A stretch of DNA of 52,317 nt from Candidatus Nomurabacteria bacterium (GCA_943356675.1 CALRFQ010000004.1:1-52317), one strand, 5' to 3'; counted from the first letter of the stretch, positions 9,729 to 19,212 are shown. The notes: generated by a model from the sequence alone, not told the origin. Numbers and translations: made by a program.

Positions 9729-11024
9729 ATGCAAAAAATAAAAGACATACTCTTAAATATAAAATCATGGTCACTTCGCCGAAAAATATTTTTTGGAGTG
9801 CTTTTATTTGTTGTAATACTTATTTTATATAAAGTTCTTGCTCCCGTGGATAATAGTGCCAATACTCTAACAGATATCGCTAAAAGAATAGATTTAAAAG
9901 AGACAGTCCTAGCTACAGGCCAAGTCACTTCTAAAACTGACCTCTCATTATCTTTCAATGCGACTGGAGTAGTAAAAAGTATGAAAGTAGTAGTGGGTGA
10001 TAATGTGAAGCAGGGTCAGATTCTAGCTACACTTGATCAAGGTTCACAACTAGCAAGCCTAACTTCTGCTAGGGGAGCAGTTGCTCAAGCAGAAGCTAAA
10101 TATACAAAAATTTTAGAGGGTAGTACAGATTCAGAAGTTGCACTCGCTAGGGTTTTGCTTCAAAATGCAAAAAATAATTATACCCAAACTAAATTGCAAC
10201 AAGATATTTTAGTAAGTGAGGCTGAAAATAAATACCAGTCAGATCTTGCTAGTCGCACATCAAATTTCATAACAGTAAAAAATGATTTCGAATATGCAAA
10301 GAAAACTCGTGACGCGACTCTAAGTGCTGCTCAGTCAGTGATAGATCAGCGTCAAGCAGAACTCGATATTAAACTTTCAAAAGCAAGAACCTCTGATATT
10401 AGTTTAGCTGAAGCAGATATCCTTTCTGCAAAAGGTCAGTATCAGGCAGCAAGTGCAAATTATGAAAATACAATACTTCGTGCGCCGGCAGACGGCACAA
10501 TCACAAAAGTGGATATAAAACTTGGTGAACTCGTGCAAGCACTTAAAGAAGTAATGGTTCTTCAAGATGTGAAGAACGTGTATCTTGAAGCAAATATAAA
10601 CGAAGCAAATATTGCTCGTGTTGCCGTGGGTTCTGTTGTGGATATTACATTTGATTCACTTGGCTCAGATAAAATATTTAAAGGTAATGTTTTGAAAATC
10701 GATCCTTCTTCTACTGTAGTATCTGGAGTGGTGAATTATAAAGTTACAGCAAGTGTAGACACTATCACCGATATTCGACCAGGTATGACTGCAAATATGA
10801 CCATACTAATAAATGAAAAGAGTGGTGTGGTTACTGTCCCAAGTCGTGCTGTGCTTACGGGGAAGGACGGAACAAGAACTATAAGAATCGTTACAGATAC
10901 AAAAAAGAAAAAGTTTATAGAAGTCCCAGTCACAGTCGGTATCACCGGTGATGGAGGCCTAGTAGAAGTGCTAAGCGGGGTGAAAGAAGGAGATGAAGTT
11001 GTGACTCTAATAAAGAAACCTTAA
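9729..11024 (+). CDS. Efflux periplasmic adaptor subunit (MacA/HlyD family)
   Basis: N-terminal TM helix, lipoyl half-motifs (GDNVKQGQILATLD; LRAPADGTIT), coiled hairpin, RPGMTAN. Confidence 0.9.
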   Translation: MQKIKDILLNIKSWSLRRKIFFGVLLFVVILILYKVLAPVDNSANTLTDIAKRIDLKETVLATGQVTSKTDLSLSFNATGVVKSMKVVVGDNVKQGQILATLDQGSQLASLTSARGAVAQAEAKYTKILEGSTDSEVALARVLLQNAKNNYTQTKLQQDILVSEAENKYQSDLASRTSNFITVKNDFEYAKKTRDATLSAAQSVIDQRQAELDIKLSKARTSDISLAEADILSAKGQYQAASANYENTILRAPADGTITKVDIKLGELVQALKEVMVLQDVKNVYLEANINEANIARVAVGSVVDITFDSLGSDKIFKGNVLKIDPSSTVVSGVVNYKVTASVDTITDIRPGMTANMTILINEKSGVVTVPSRAVLTGKDGTRTIRIVTDTKKKKFIEVPVTVGITGDGGLVEVLSGVKEGDEVVTLIKKP

Positions 11025-11026
11025 AT

Positions 11027-11737
11027 ATGTTAATAGATTTAAAAAATATCACAAAAGAGTATGACAATAGCGGAGTCGTTACTCGAGTTCTTCATGGTAT
11101 AAGCCTAGAAGTAGAAGAGGGAGAATTCCTATCTATAATGGGGCCATCTGGTTCAGGTAAGTCTACTCTTATGCACATCATCGGTTTCTTGGACAGGCCA
11201 AGTACTGGTATATATAATTTCAACAATGAAGACACGAAAGATTTTCCAGATGATGATTTAGCTCGTATTAGAAATGAGCGTATTGGCTTCGTGTTTCAGT
11301 CTTTCAATCTTCTTGCTCGCACCAGTGTGCTAGACAATGTGATCCTGCCACTTACGTATAGTAAATTAGAAAATCATATCGAAAGAGCCACAAAAGCTCT
11401 CGAGTCCGTCGGCCTTGGCCAAAGGCTTGGATTTATGTCCAATCAAATTTCTGGTGGTCAGAAGCAGCGTGTGGCTATAGCTCGCGCACTTGTGTGTGAT
11501 CCCAAAGTTATTTTCGCAGATGAGCCGACAGGAAACCTCGATTCTAAAAGTGGTGCGACAGTAATGAACATACTTCAGAAATTAAATGACGAAGGGCGCA
11601 CTATCATCCTAGTCACTCACGACAGAACCGTGGCTGAACATGCAAAAAGAATTATTACAATTCGTGATGGAATGATAGTTATGGATGAGAAAATAGCAAA
11701 CCAAATTCGTAATGTGCCTGTAGAGGATAGAGATTAA
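11027..11737 (+). CDS. ABC transporter ATP-binding protein (MacB/LolD type)
   Basis: Walker [10 protein letters not shown], signature [15 protein letters not shown], and [10 protein letters not shown]. Confidence 0.95.
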   Translation: MLIDLKNITKEYDNSGVVTRVLHGISLEVEEGEFLSIMGPSGSGKSTLMHIIGFLDRPSTGIYNFNNEDTKDFPDDDLARIRNERIGFVFQSFNLLARTSVLDNVILPLTYSKLENHIERATKALESVGLGQRLGFMSNQISGGQKQRVAIARALVCDPKVIFADEPTGNLDSKSGATVMNILQKLNDEGRTIILVTHDRTVAEHAKRIITIRDGMIVMDEKIANQIRNVPVEDRD

Positions 11738-11738
11738 T

Positions 11739-13004
11739 ATGTCCCTTTTTGTGAAGAAAATTACAAATACTTTCAAGCAATTACTTTCAAGAAAAGGAAG
11801 GAGTTTGCTTACTATACTTGGAATCGTTATTGGTGTCGCTGGTGTGATCATAATAGTGTCGCTTGGCGCTGGTGCGCAAACTCTAGTCTTAGGTCAGATT
11901 ACAAAATTAGGCACAAATCTTATTGGAATTCTTCCTGGTAAAAGTAATGAGAAAGGCCCACCGGCCGCGGTCTTTGGTGTGCAGGTCACTACTCTCACCG
12001 CAAATGATGTAGAAGCTATAAAAGATACTTCAAAAGTTCCTCATGCTGTGGGTGTGGCATCTTTCGTAAGAGGGAATGCGACAGTAATTTCTGGGCGAGA
12101 ATCTGTCGACACTACTTTTTCTGCGACAGATGGGAGCTATCCTAGAGTGCAAGATGTGGAGATGGATCGCGGAGTATTCTTCTCTGATGAAGAGGGTAGA
12201 GCAGGGGCAAATGTAATTGTACTTGGATACGATGTTGCAGATCAGCTTTTCCCAAATGGTGACGAGCTCGGGCAGATTGTGAAAGTTCAAACTAACGGCA
12301 ACAATAGTACTGCTATTCCATTTCGAGTTATTGGAGTACAGAAAAAGTTGGGAAATGTATTTTTCCAAAATCAGGACGATCAAGTTTTCATTCCGTTCCC
12401 AATAGGTCAGAAGCAATTTCTTGGAATAAATTATATTCAATTCGTGAGAGTAAAAGCTGATAGCACAGATAATGTGAAAAGTACCATAGAAGATATCCAA
12501 AGAGTTCTGAGGGATCAGCACAGGATTAAAGATATAGAAAATGACGATTTCTCAGTGCGAGATTTGGCTGATGCAATTAAAATTCTGACTAGTATTACTG
12601 ATGGACTGCGAATGTTTCTAGGACTCATGGCGGGGATATCTCTTGTGGTAGGTGGAATAGGAATTATGAATATAATGCTTGTGACAGTGTCAGAGCGAAC
12701 TCGCGAAATAGGTCTTAGGAAAGCAATAGGCGCGACTAGCAAGCAAATCCGTGACCAATTCCTTTTTGAAGCTGTGATCCTCACTTCTCTCGGAGGTGTG
12801 TTTGGTATTATTGTCGGCAGTTTGATTTCTTATCTTATTGCAGTAGGTGCTAGGTATGCTGGGTATGATTGGTCGTTCGTGATTTCACCAACTGCTATAA
12901 TCCTTGCTGTGGGTGTGTCTGTGCTGACTGGAATTACATTTGGACTTTATCCAGCTATAAAAGCAGCGAAGCTTAATCCTATAGACGCACTTAGATACGA
13001 ATAA
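11739..13004 (+). CDS. ABC transporter permease (MacB/FtsX family)
   Basis: RSLLTILGIVIGV, GGIGIMNIMLVTVSERTREIGLRKAIGA, PIDALRYE. Confidence 0.95.
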   Translation: MSLFVKKITNTFKQLLSRKGRSLLTILGIVIGVAGVIIIVSLGAGAQTLVLGQITKLGTNLIGILPGKSNEKGPPAAVFGVQVTTLTANDVEAIKDTSKVPHAVGVASFVRGNATVISGRESVDTTFSATDGSYPRVQDVEMDRGVFFSDEEGRAGANVIVLGYDVADQLFPNGDELGQIVKVQTNGNNSTAIPFRVIGVQKKLGNVFFQNQDDQVFIPFPIGQKQFLGINYIQFVRVKADSTDNVKSTIEDIQRVLRDQHRIKDIENDDFSVRDLADAIKILTSITDGLRMFLGLMAGISLVVGGIGIMNIMLVTVSERTREIGLRKAIGATSKQIRDQFLFEAVILTSLGGVFGIIVGSLISYLIAVGARYAGYDWSFVISPTAIILAVGVSVLTGITFGLYPAIKAAKLNPIDALRYE

Positions 13005-13007
13005 TTT

Positions 13008-14267
13008 ATGAAAAAATATTTCAAACAAGCATGGCGTGGAATTTCTGCAAGTAAATCTCGCACTTTTCTTACTACGCTAGGGATAATGATAGGTATCGGT
13101 ACTGTTATCTTAGTGCTTTCAGCGGGGGAAGGATTTAAGAGTTATATTAATGCACAGATAGATGCCTTCGGATCAAATAGCGTAATAATTGAAACAGTTG
13201 TGCCAGCTTCTACGAAAGCTAGGAATAGCGGATCTGCACAGGATGGAGGAAGTAGCTCTGCAAATAATGCAGTGCCTATTAAAACTTTCAAAAATAAGGA
13301 TATCAATGATATTAAAAATTTAAATAATGTCCAAAATGCTTACGGAGCTGCTCTCGGTCAGCAAGTGGTGACATATGGAAATGTTTCGAAAAATATTTTT
13401 ATATTTGGAGCTGATGCTAGTCGTTTTGATATTGATAAAGGTGAGATCGCAAGCGGTCGCCCTTATACAGAGGAAGAGGATAGTGCACTTGCTCAAGTGG
13501 CTGTGCTCGGGCATGATATCGCCATAGATTTATTTGGGGAGAATGACCCACTCGGTAAATACGTGAGAGTTGGAAGTTATAATTTTGAAGTTATTGGCGT
13601 ATATGCCAGAAGAGGCAGTTTCGGATATTCAAACGATGATGAGCAAGTTTTCATACCTATCTCTACACTACAGAAAAAGATTCTGGGTATCGATTATCTG
13701 TTTTATGGAGTGGCAGAGCTCGTCGATAATAATAAATCAGAAACGACAGGGCTCGACATTGCGGACTTACTAAGACGCAACCACTTTATTACAGATATAA
13801 ATAAAGATGATTTTAAAGTGCAGACTCAAGCTCAGAGTATGGATACTTTCAATACGATTCTTTCAGCTGTGACATTCCTCCTAATTGCTATCGCTGCTAT
13901 ATCGCTCGTAGTCGGGGGAGTAGGAGTGATGAATATTATGTATGTGGTAGTCACAGAGCGCATTGCGGAGATAGGCCTCAAGAAAGCTCTCGGTGCAACA
14001 AATAAAGATATCCTTTATGAATTCCTAATAGAATCCATTCTGCTCACTTGTATCGGGGGAGTAGTGGGTATTATTGGTGGATCACTCTTTTCTTTCATTA
14101 TTGCGAAGGTAGTGCAAAGCCAGGGTATTACATGGGCGTTTTCTGTGCCGCTTTATGGTATTATACTTTCAGTGTCAGTATCGATGGTTATCGGAATTAT
14201 TTTCGGAGTATTCCCAGCTCGCAACGCTGCGAAATTAAATCCTATAGAAGCATTAAATAAAGAATAA
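13008..14267 (+). CDS. ABC transporter permease (MacB/FtsX family), second copy
   Basis: RTFLTTLGIMIGI, GVGVMNIMYVVVTERIAEIGLKKALGA, NPIEAL. Confidence 0.95.
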   Translation: MKKYFKQAWRGISASKSRTFLTTLGIMIGIGTVILVLSAGEGFKSYINAQIDAFGSNSVIIETVVPASTKARNSGSAQDGGSSSANNAVPIKTFKNKDINDIKNLNNVQNAYGAALGQQVVTYGNVSKNIFIFGADASRFDIDKGEIASGRPYTEEEDSALAQVAVLGHDIAIDLFGENDPLGKYVRVGSYNFEVIGVYARRGSFGYSNDDEQVFIPISTLQKKILGIDYLFYGVAELVDNNKSETTGLDIADLLRRNHFITDINKDDFKVQTQAQSMDTFNTILSAVTFLLIAIAAISLVVGGVGVMNIMYVVVTERIAEIGLKKALGATNKDILYEFLIESILLTCIGGVVGIIGGSLFSFIIAKVVQSQGITWAFSVPLYGIILSVSVSMVIGIIFGVFPARNAAKLNPIEALNKE

Positions 14268-14268
14268 T

Positions 14269-14991
14269 ATGGAATTTTTTGCAAATAAATCTAATAAAAA
14301 AGAACAACCAGTATTTAAAATCCTGCCCTCAGATGTAAGGTATGCTTTAGAATACAAGGAAGGTAAATTAAATAAAGATGATTTAGAAGTTCTTGTTATG
14401 AGTAATTTCGAAGATGAAGCATTTTACCTTACCTTAAAGAGTTTAAATAACAATAAAGAAGAACATAAAAATTTACTTAAAAAATATATCTCAAATCTAA
14501 TTAATCTAGATCACGGGGGAGTGGAGTATAAAAAATGTATTCAAGATATTGTAAATGAAGAATTAGATTTGAATAAGAACTTGGAAGTCGATGGCGTTAA
14601 GCTTGCGCAAATTTCACGCCAAGGTTTCGATACGTGGCAAGATAAATTTAAAACACTTTCAAATGAGCTTAGTAAAAGTGATAAGAATGTATTTTTAGTA
14701 GCACACTCTACTATTCTAGGCCTTGATTCTTTTTTAAAGAATTTTGCAAAAGAAGAAAAGGATTTAAATATTATCGTGCCCTCCTGGTTTAATGATAAAT
14801 GTGTGGGCTATAATATTTCATTCAAAGAAGGGAATCCAGAAATGAATGATTTATATAGTGATTTTAAGAAAATAAATGCAATTGTAGTAGATGATACTGT
14901 GAATACAGGTGGCACTATCGATAAGGTTAAAGATTTTTGGTTGGAATCAGGCGATGCTGAGCCAGAGGTGCGTACAGTAGTTGGGAAGTAG
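14269..14991 (+). CDS. Hypothetical protein with a C-terminal type I phosphoribosyltransferase (PRPP-binding) motif
   Basis: AIVVDDTVNTGGTI matches the PRPP-binding loop. The N-terminal part was not recognised. Confidence 0.6.
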   Translation: MEFFANKSNKKEQPVFKILPSDVRYALEYKEGKLNKDDLEVLVMSNFEDEAFYLTLKSLNNNKEEHKNLLKKYISNLINLDHGGVEYKKCIQDIVNEELDLNKNLEVDGVKLAQISRQGFDTWQDKFKTLSNELSKSDKNVFLVAHSTILGLDSFLKNFAKEEKDLNIIVPSWFNDKCVGYNISFKEGNPEMNDLYSDFKKINAIVVDDTVNTGGTIDKVKDFWLESGDAEPEVRTVVGK

Positions 14992-14992
14992 A

Positions 14993-15027
14993 AAAGCCTC
15001 GTAAAAATACGAGGCTTTCTTTTTTTT
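14993..15027. terminator. Intrinsic terminator between convergent genes
   Basis: AAAGCCTCGTA-aaaa-TACGAGGCTTT followed by a long T-tract. Confidence 0.85.
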
Positions 15028-15040
15028 GTTTTAACTTTCA

Positions 15041-15631
15041 CTATTTCACACCCCCTGCTTCTCCACTAATGGTTCTATTTCCAATATTATAGAGAGGCTC
15101 GAAAAGTAAAACGGCATAATTCGTTTGAGCTGTAACACTGAAAGTCATTTCAGTTTTAAGAGTAGGGTCTTTCCTTGTTATGGAGCCACCCTTGTGCATA
15201 ACCGTGTATTCACGGTTATGGTTCTTTTCAAACCACAGCATGTAAACATTTAGTGAAATCTCATCAAACCTTACGCAGACTTGGCTCCAATCAGAATTGT
15301 GTTTAACGATCAATCCTTTAGTGTAAATTGGAACTTTGTAGGTGTAGGTTATGACTGAATCAGTCATTGGGACTTTTCCATCTACTACATCTGAGAATTT
15401 CAAGCGCTGTACGGATGTCAGGAAAATATCAGCGTTATTATAATAATAAATGTTTAGCATTTGTGCCTCTGAAAAGGGCCGGCCAGTTCTCAACGAATCA
15501 TCCCAAGGTTGGAAATTTGGTCCCTTATCTTCAGCTTTTTTTACTGCTGCATTTTCGGTTGTTTTACAGCCGTTTAGTATTACCATCCCGGTAAGTACTA
15601 AAAATACGAGGTACTTATTTTTAAGTTTCAT
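15041..15631 (-). CDS. Hypothetical lipoprotein-like protein
   Basis: Basic N-terminus, hydrophobic stretch and lipobox-like ILNG-C. Has its own promoter and terminator. Confidence 0.65.
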   Translation of the reverse strand: MKLKNKYLVFLVLTGMVILNGCKTTENAAVKKAEDKGPNFQPWDDSLRTGRPFSEAQMLNIYYYNNADIFLTSVQRLKFSDVVDGKVPMTDSVITYTYKVPIYTKGLIVKHNSDWSQVCVRFDEISLNVYMLWFEKNHNREYTVMHKGGSITRKDPTLKTEMTFSVTAQTNYAVLLFEPLYNIGNRTISGEAGGVK

Positions 15632-15654
15632 ATAAATATAATTAGATTTCTCGC

Positions 15655-15683
15655 AGTATATAACATTTATAGTGAAAAGTCAA
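15655..15683 (-). promoter_or_regulatory. Sigma70-type promoter TTGACT-N17-TATACT for 15041..15631
   Basis: Minus strand reads ttgact tttcactataaatgtta tatact. Confidence 0.75.
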
Positions 15684-15750
15684 GTTGGTTTTCTTCTCAA
15701 TTTAAGTCGTTCTTAATGAAAAAGTCTCTAATTTTTGCTATAATATAAGG

Positions 15751-15885
15751 ATGGGAAAGAAAATCTTAAAAATAGCTTTTTACCTAGTCCTTCTTTCAGT
15801 CGTGCTTTGGGCAATTGGGGTAGTAATGAATGAGCCGAAATCTCAAAATAGCGGGTTAGAAAATATAGCAATAAATAAGAAGTAA
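15751..15885 (+). CDS. Small membrane protein, 44 aa (absent from the ORF track)
   Basis: MGKKILKIAFYLVLLSVVLWAIGVVMNEPKSQNSGLENIAINKK*. One TM helix. TGCTATAAT ends 6 nt before the ATG. Confidence 0.6.
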   Translation: MGKKILKIAFYLVLLSVVLWAIGVVMNEPKSQNSGLENIAINKK

Positions 15886-15915
15886 TAATTTATCATTAAG
15901 TCCGTCGTAAATAAT

Positions 15916-16707
15916 ATGGAAACAATAATTACAAGCAAAAAGTTTATAAATGCGAGTACAATATTAGTAGCACTATTATCATTGTTAGTATTCGTAATGT
16001 TTATTAATCAAGTGAAGGAGAGTAAGTATATCGGTCGCGGGGCAGCAGCCTCAAGTAGTATCTCAGTAACAGCTGATGGGGAAGTGACTGCAGTGCCAGA
16101 TATCGCAGTACTTACATTTACAAATGAAAAAGATGCAACAACAGCAAAGGAAGCTCAAGCACTTCTAAACAAAGAAGTAGCTGATACACTAGCATATCTA
16201 AAGAAGCAAAATATTGCAGATAAGGATATAAGTTCTGAGTACGGCGGAGTGACTCCAAAGTATATTAATAATACCGTTTACTGTATGACTGTGCCTTGCC
16301 CACAAGGAGATCCAAAGATTGTCGGTTACATTGCTACACAATCTGTAATTGTGAAGGTTCGTGCTGTGGATACTGCCAATGATGTGCGCACAGGCTTAGC
16401 TACTCTTGGTATAAAAAATATTTCCGGACCAACATTTAGTATAGATAGCCAAGATAAACTAAATGATGCTGCTCGCACAAAAGCTATAGAGAATGCTAGA
16501 GTTAAGGCAGAAGTATTAGCAAAAGAGCTTGGTGTGAAGCTAGGATCTGTTATCAGCTTTACTGAGAATGGCGGTGGGTACCCTATGATGTATGCAAGTA
16601 AGGCATCAATGGATTCTGCAGGAAGTATCTCTATGCCAGCTCCAGTCTTACCAAAGGGCGAGAATAAGATTACTACAAGTGTCACAATAACTTACGAAAT
16701 AAAGTAA
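15916..16707 (+). CDS. SIMPL (DUF541) domain protein
   Basis: ISVTADGEVTAVPDIA, ARTKAIENARVKAEVLAKELGVKLG, C-terminal VTITYEI. Confidence 0.9.
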   Translation: METIITSKKFINASTILVALLSLLVFVMFINQVKESKYIGRGAAASSSISVTADGEVTAVPDIAVLTFTNEKDATTAKEAQALLNKEVADTLAYLKKQNIADKDISSEYGGVTPKYINNTVYCMTVPCPQGDPKIVGYIATQSVIVKVRAVDTANDVRTGLATLGIKNISGPTFSIDSQDKLNDAARTKAIENARVKAEVLAKELGVKLGSVISFTENGGGYPMMYASKASMDSAGSISMPAPVLPKGENKITTSVTITYEIK

Positions 16708-16716
16708 CAAACAAGA

Positions 16717-16746
16717 GAAAACACCCCGTATTTACGGGGTGTTTTC
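16717..16746 (+). terminator. Intrinsic terminator after SIMPL
   Basis: GAAAACACCCCGTA-tt-TACGGGGTGTTTTC. Confidence 0.8.
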
Positions 16747-16751
16747 GTATA

Positions 16752-16780
16752 TTGACTTTCTTGTGAAATAAGAGTATTAT
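16752..16780 (+). promoter_or_regulatory. Promoter TTGACT-N17-TATTAT of secE-nusG-rplK
   Basis: Near-consensus boxes with 17-nt spacing. Confidence 0.7.
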
Positions 16781-16827
16781 CTATTTATATACACCCGCGG
16801 GGTGTTTTTTAATAAGAATTAAAATAT

Positions 16828-17013
16828 ATGGCAAAATTTATTGAATATTTAAAAGAAACTAGAGCTGAATTTAAGCACGTTACTTGGCCTACGAGAATGC
16901 AAACTATCTACTTCACTGCTACTGTTATAGTAGTATCAGTTTTCATTGCGTATTTCCTTGGTTTTTTTGATACTGTCTTTAAAGTTGGGCTTGAGCGTTT
17001 ACTTACTAGATAA
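16828..17013 (+). CDS. secE: Preprotein translocase subunit SecE
   Basis: EFKHVTWPT motif, one TM helix, directly upstream of nusG. Confidence 0.95.
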   Translation: MAKFIEYLKETRAEFKHVTWPTRMQTIYFTATVIVVSVFIAYFLGFFDTVFKVGLERLLTR

Positions 17014-17022
17014 TTAATTTTT

Positions 17023-17057
17023 CTAGAAACTAATCACTAGTTACTAGAACCTAATCA
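17023..17057 (+). repeat. Five degenerate 7-bp tandem units (CTAnnnA/C)
   Basis: ctagaaa ctaatca ctagtta ctagaac ctaatca fill the secE-nusG spacer. Confidence 0.75.
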
Positions 17058-17058
17058 T

Positions 17059-17607
17059 ATGGCAAAACAAGAACTAAGAGGAGAGCGAAATTGGTATGCG
17101 ATTCACACTTACGCAGGATATGAGAATGCGGTTCTTCGTAATCTTCGTCAGCGTATTGATTCACTAGGTATGAATGACAAGATTTTCAATGTCGTCGTTC
17201 CGACTGAAAAGAAAATAAAAATTAAGGGTAGTAAGCGTGCTGAAGTAGAAGAGAAGATATACCCAGGTTATGTACTTGTAGATATGATTGTGGATGACAA
17301 CTCTTGGTATGTAGTCCGTAATACTCCTCGTGTGACAGGGTTCGTCGGAGCTGGAGTAAACCCTGTGCCACTTGATAAAAAGGAGGTGGATGAACTCTTC
17401 GCGAAGATGGATGGCAATGAAAAAGCAAAACACCAGATTGACCTGTCGCTCGAAGAAATGGTTCGCATAGCTGATGGACCGTTTAAAGATTTGGAAGGAA
17501 AGGTTTCAGAGATTGATCAAGATCGTGGAAAGGTGAAGGTGCTCGTATCAATGTTCGGCCGTGAGACACCAGTAGAGCTTGATTTCCTTCAGATAAAGAA
17601 ATTGTAA
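17059..17607 (+). CDS. nusG: Transcription termination/antitermination factor NusG
   Basis: WYAIHTYAGYE, YPGYVLVDM, VRNTPRVTGFVG, and a KOW domain ending FGRETPVEL. Confidence 0.98.
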   Translation: MAKQELRGERNWYAIHTYAGYENAVLRNLRQRIDSLGMNDKIFNVVVPTEKKIKIKGSKRAEVEEKIYPGYVLVDMIVDDNSWYVVRNTPRVTGFVGAGVNPVPLDKKEVDELFAKMDGNEKAKHQIDLSLEEMVRIADGPFKDLEGKVSEIDQDRGKVKVLVSMFGRETPVELDFLQIKKL

Positions 17608-17689
17608 TTGGACATTTATTTATATATTGGGCGCTTCTCCCGAAATACAAATAAATATATGAAAAGTATTATTTAAATAAATTAATTAT

Positions 17690-18115
17690 ATGGCAAAGAA
17701 AATAACAAAAAAAGTAAAGTTACAAATTCAAGCTGCGAAGGCCACTCCTGCGCCACCACTAGGTCCTGCCCTCGGTCAGGCTGGAGTGAACATTGCGGAA
17801 TTCTGTCAGAAGTTTAACGCGGCAACGCAAGCTATGGCAGGGGACATTGTGGGAGTTCAGATTTCAGTTTACGAAGATCGTACTTATGATTTCGTAGTGA
17901 AGACTCCACCAGTAGCAGGTCTTATCTTTAAGGCTGCAGGTGTGGAGAGTGGTTCAGGTAAGCCAAATACTTCAAAAGTAGGCAAGATCACAAAGGCGCA
18001 AGTCCGTGCTATTGCTGAGAAGAAAATGCCAGACCTAAACGCAAAGAACATTGAAGGAGCAATGAAAATCATCGAAGGTTCTGCTCGTTCAGCTGGTATC
18101 ACAATAGTAGACTAA
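17690..18115 (+). CDS. rplK: 50S ribosomal protein L11
   Basis: [27 protein letters not shown]. Confidence 0.98.
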   Translation: MAKKITKKVKLQIQAAKATPAPPLGPALGQAGVNIAEFCQKFNAATQAMAGDIVGVQISVYEDRTYDFVVKTPPVAGLIFKAAGVESGSGKPNTSKVGKITKAQVRAIAEKKMPDLNAKNIEGAMKIIEGSARSAGITIVD

Positions 18116-18124
18116 TACATAAAG

Positions 18125-18161
18125 ATTCCCCGCCAATTTAAAACATAGGCGGGGGATTTTT
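18125..18161 (+). terminator. Intrinsic terminator directly after rplK
   Basis: TCCCCGCC…GGCGGGGGA followed by a T-tract. Confidence 0.8.
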
Positions 18162-18168
18162 ATTTTAT

Positions 18169-19194
18169 ATGAAGAAAAATAATAAAAAGAAAATTCCATA
18201 CCTCACAGCTCTTGTAAAAAAGCTTGCTCCGAAAATCGGTGCGAAGGTAGTAGTGGAGCCAGAGTGGGGAATAACAGCTCAAATAAAATACAAGAATGGC
18301 GTAGTACGGTCACTTCGTATGTATACACTCGATCTCAATCCTATTGCTTCATCTGATATCGCTCGCGATAAAGACTATGCGAAATACTTTATGAAAGAGA
18401 GTGGCTATCCTGTGGCGGAAGGTGATACTGTGTATAGCGACGCTTGGGCAGATGCTATAGGTAGTAATAAGAAACTTTCTTATGGAATTAAATACGCGAA
18501 GAAGCTCAGCTACCCTGTTATAGTGAAGCCAAATAGTAAGAGTATGGGTGTGGGGGTGTGCGTAGCTCACTCTGAAAAGGAACTCACTTCAGCGCTTAAG
18601 GAAATATGGAAAGGCGACAAAATTGCAATCATTGAGCGATATATGCCAGGGCGAGATTATCGGATAGTTGTACTCGATGGGGAAATTATTTCTACATATG
18701 AACGCACACAGCTTTCTGTGGTAGGTGACGGCAAGAATACAATTTTGAAATTACTTGAAATAAAGCAAAAGAATTTCATAAAAGAGAATCGGGATACAAA
18801 AATAAATTTCAAGGACAGGAGAATAAAATTGAAATTAAAAAAACAGAGATACACACTTTCAAGTGTGATTTCAAAAGGGGAGAAAGTATACTTGCTCGAC
18901 AATGCGAATCTTTCGACCGGTGGCGATGCTTCTGATGTGACGCAAACAATTTCAAATAGCTTCAAGAAGATAGCTACAAACCTCACTCGTGATATGGGCC
19001 TACGAATAGCAGGGGTGGATATTATGGTCACGAAGGGGGATATTACAAAAAATGTGAAGAATTGTGAATACTATATTATCGAAATCAATGCTGCTCCAGG
19101 GCTTGATCACTATGTGACTACAGGTCCTGCGCAAAAGAAGATCGTGGAAGCAATGTATCTTAAGGTCCTAAAGGCTCTTGGGAAAAATAAATAA
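18169..19194 (+). CDS. ATP-grasp ligase (similar to the cyanophycin-synthetase N-half / GshF ATP-grasp domain)
   Basis: PVIVKPN…GVGV, IERYMPGRDYRIVV, GDGKNTI, NANLSTGG, AGVDI, EINAAPGL. Confidence 0.85.
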   Translation: MKKNNKKKIPYLTALVKKLAPKIGAKVVVEPEWGITAQIKYKNGVVRSLRMYTLDLNPIASSDIARDKDYAKYFMKESGYPVAEGDTVYSDAWADAIGSNKKLSYGIKYAKKLSYPVIVKPNSKSMGVGVCVAHSEKELTSALKEIWKGDKIAIIERYMPGRDYRIVVLDGEIISTYERTQLSVVGDGKNTILKLLEIKQKNFIKENRDTKINFKDRRIKLKLKKQRYTLSSVISKGEKVYLLDNANLSTGGDASDVTQTISNSFKKIATNLTRDMGLRIAGVDIMVTKGDITKNVKNCEYYIIEINAAPGLDHYVTTGPAQKKIVEAMYLKVLKALGKNK

Positions 19195-19212
19195 AAGGAA
19201 TATAATATACAT

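Noticed and set aside
16708-16827. Possible tRNA-Trp or rpmG upstream of secE
   Set aside because: There is no cloverleaf, T-loop motif or suitable ORF, only a terminator, a promoter and a short hairpin.
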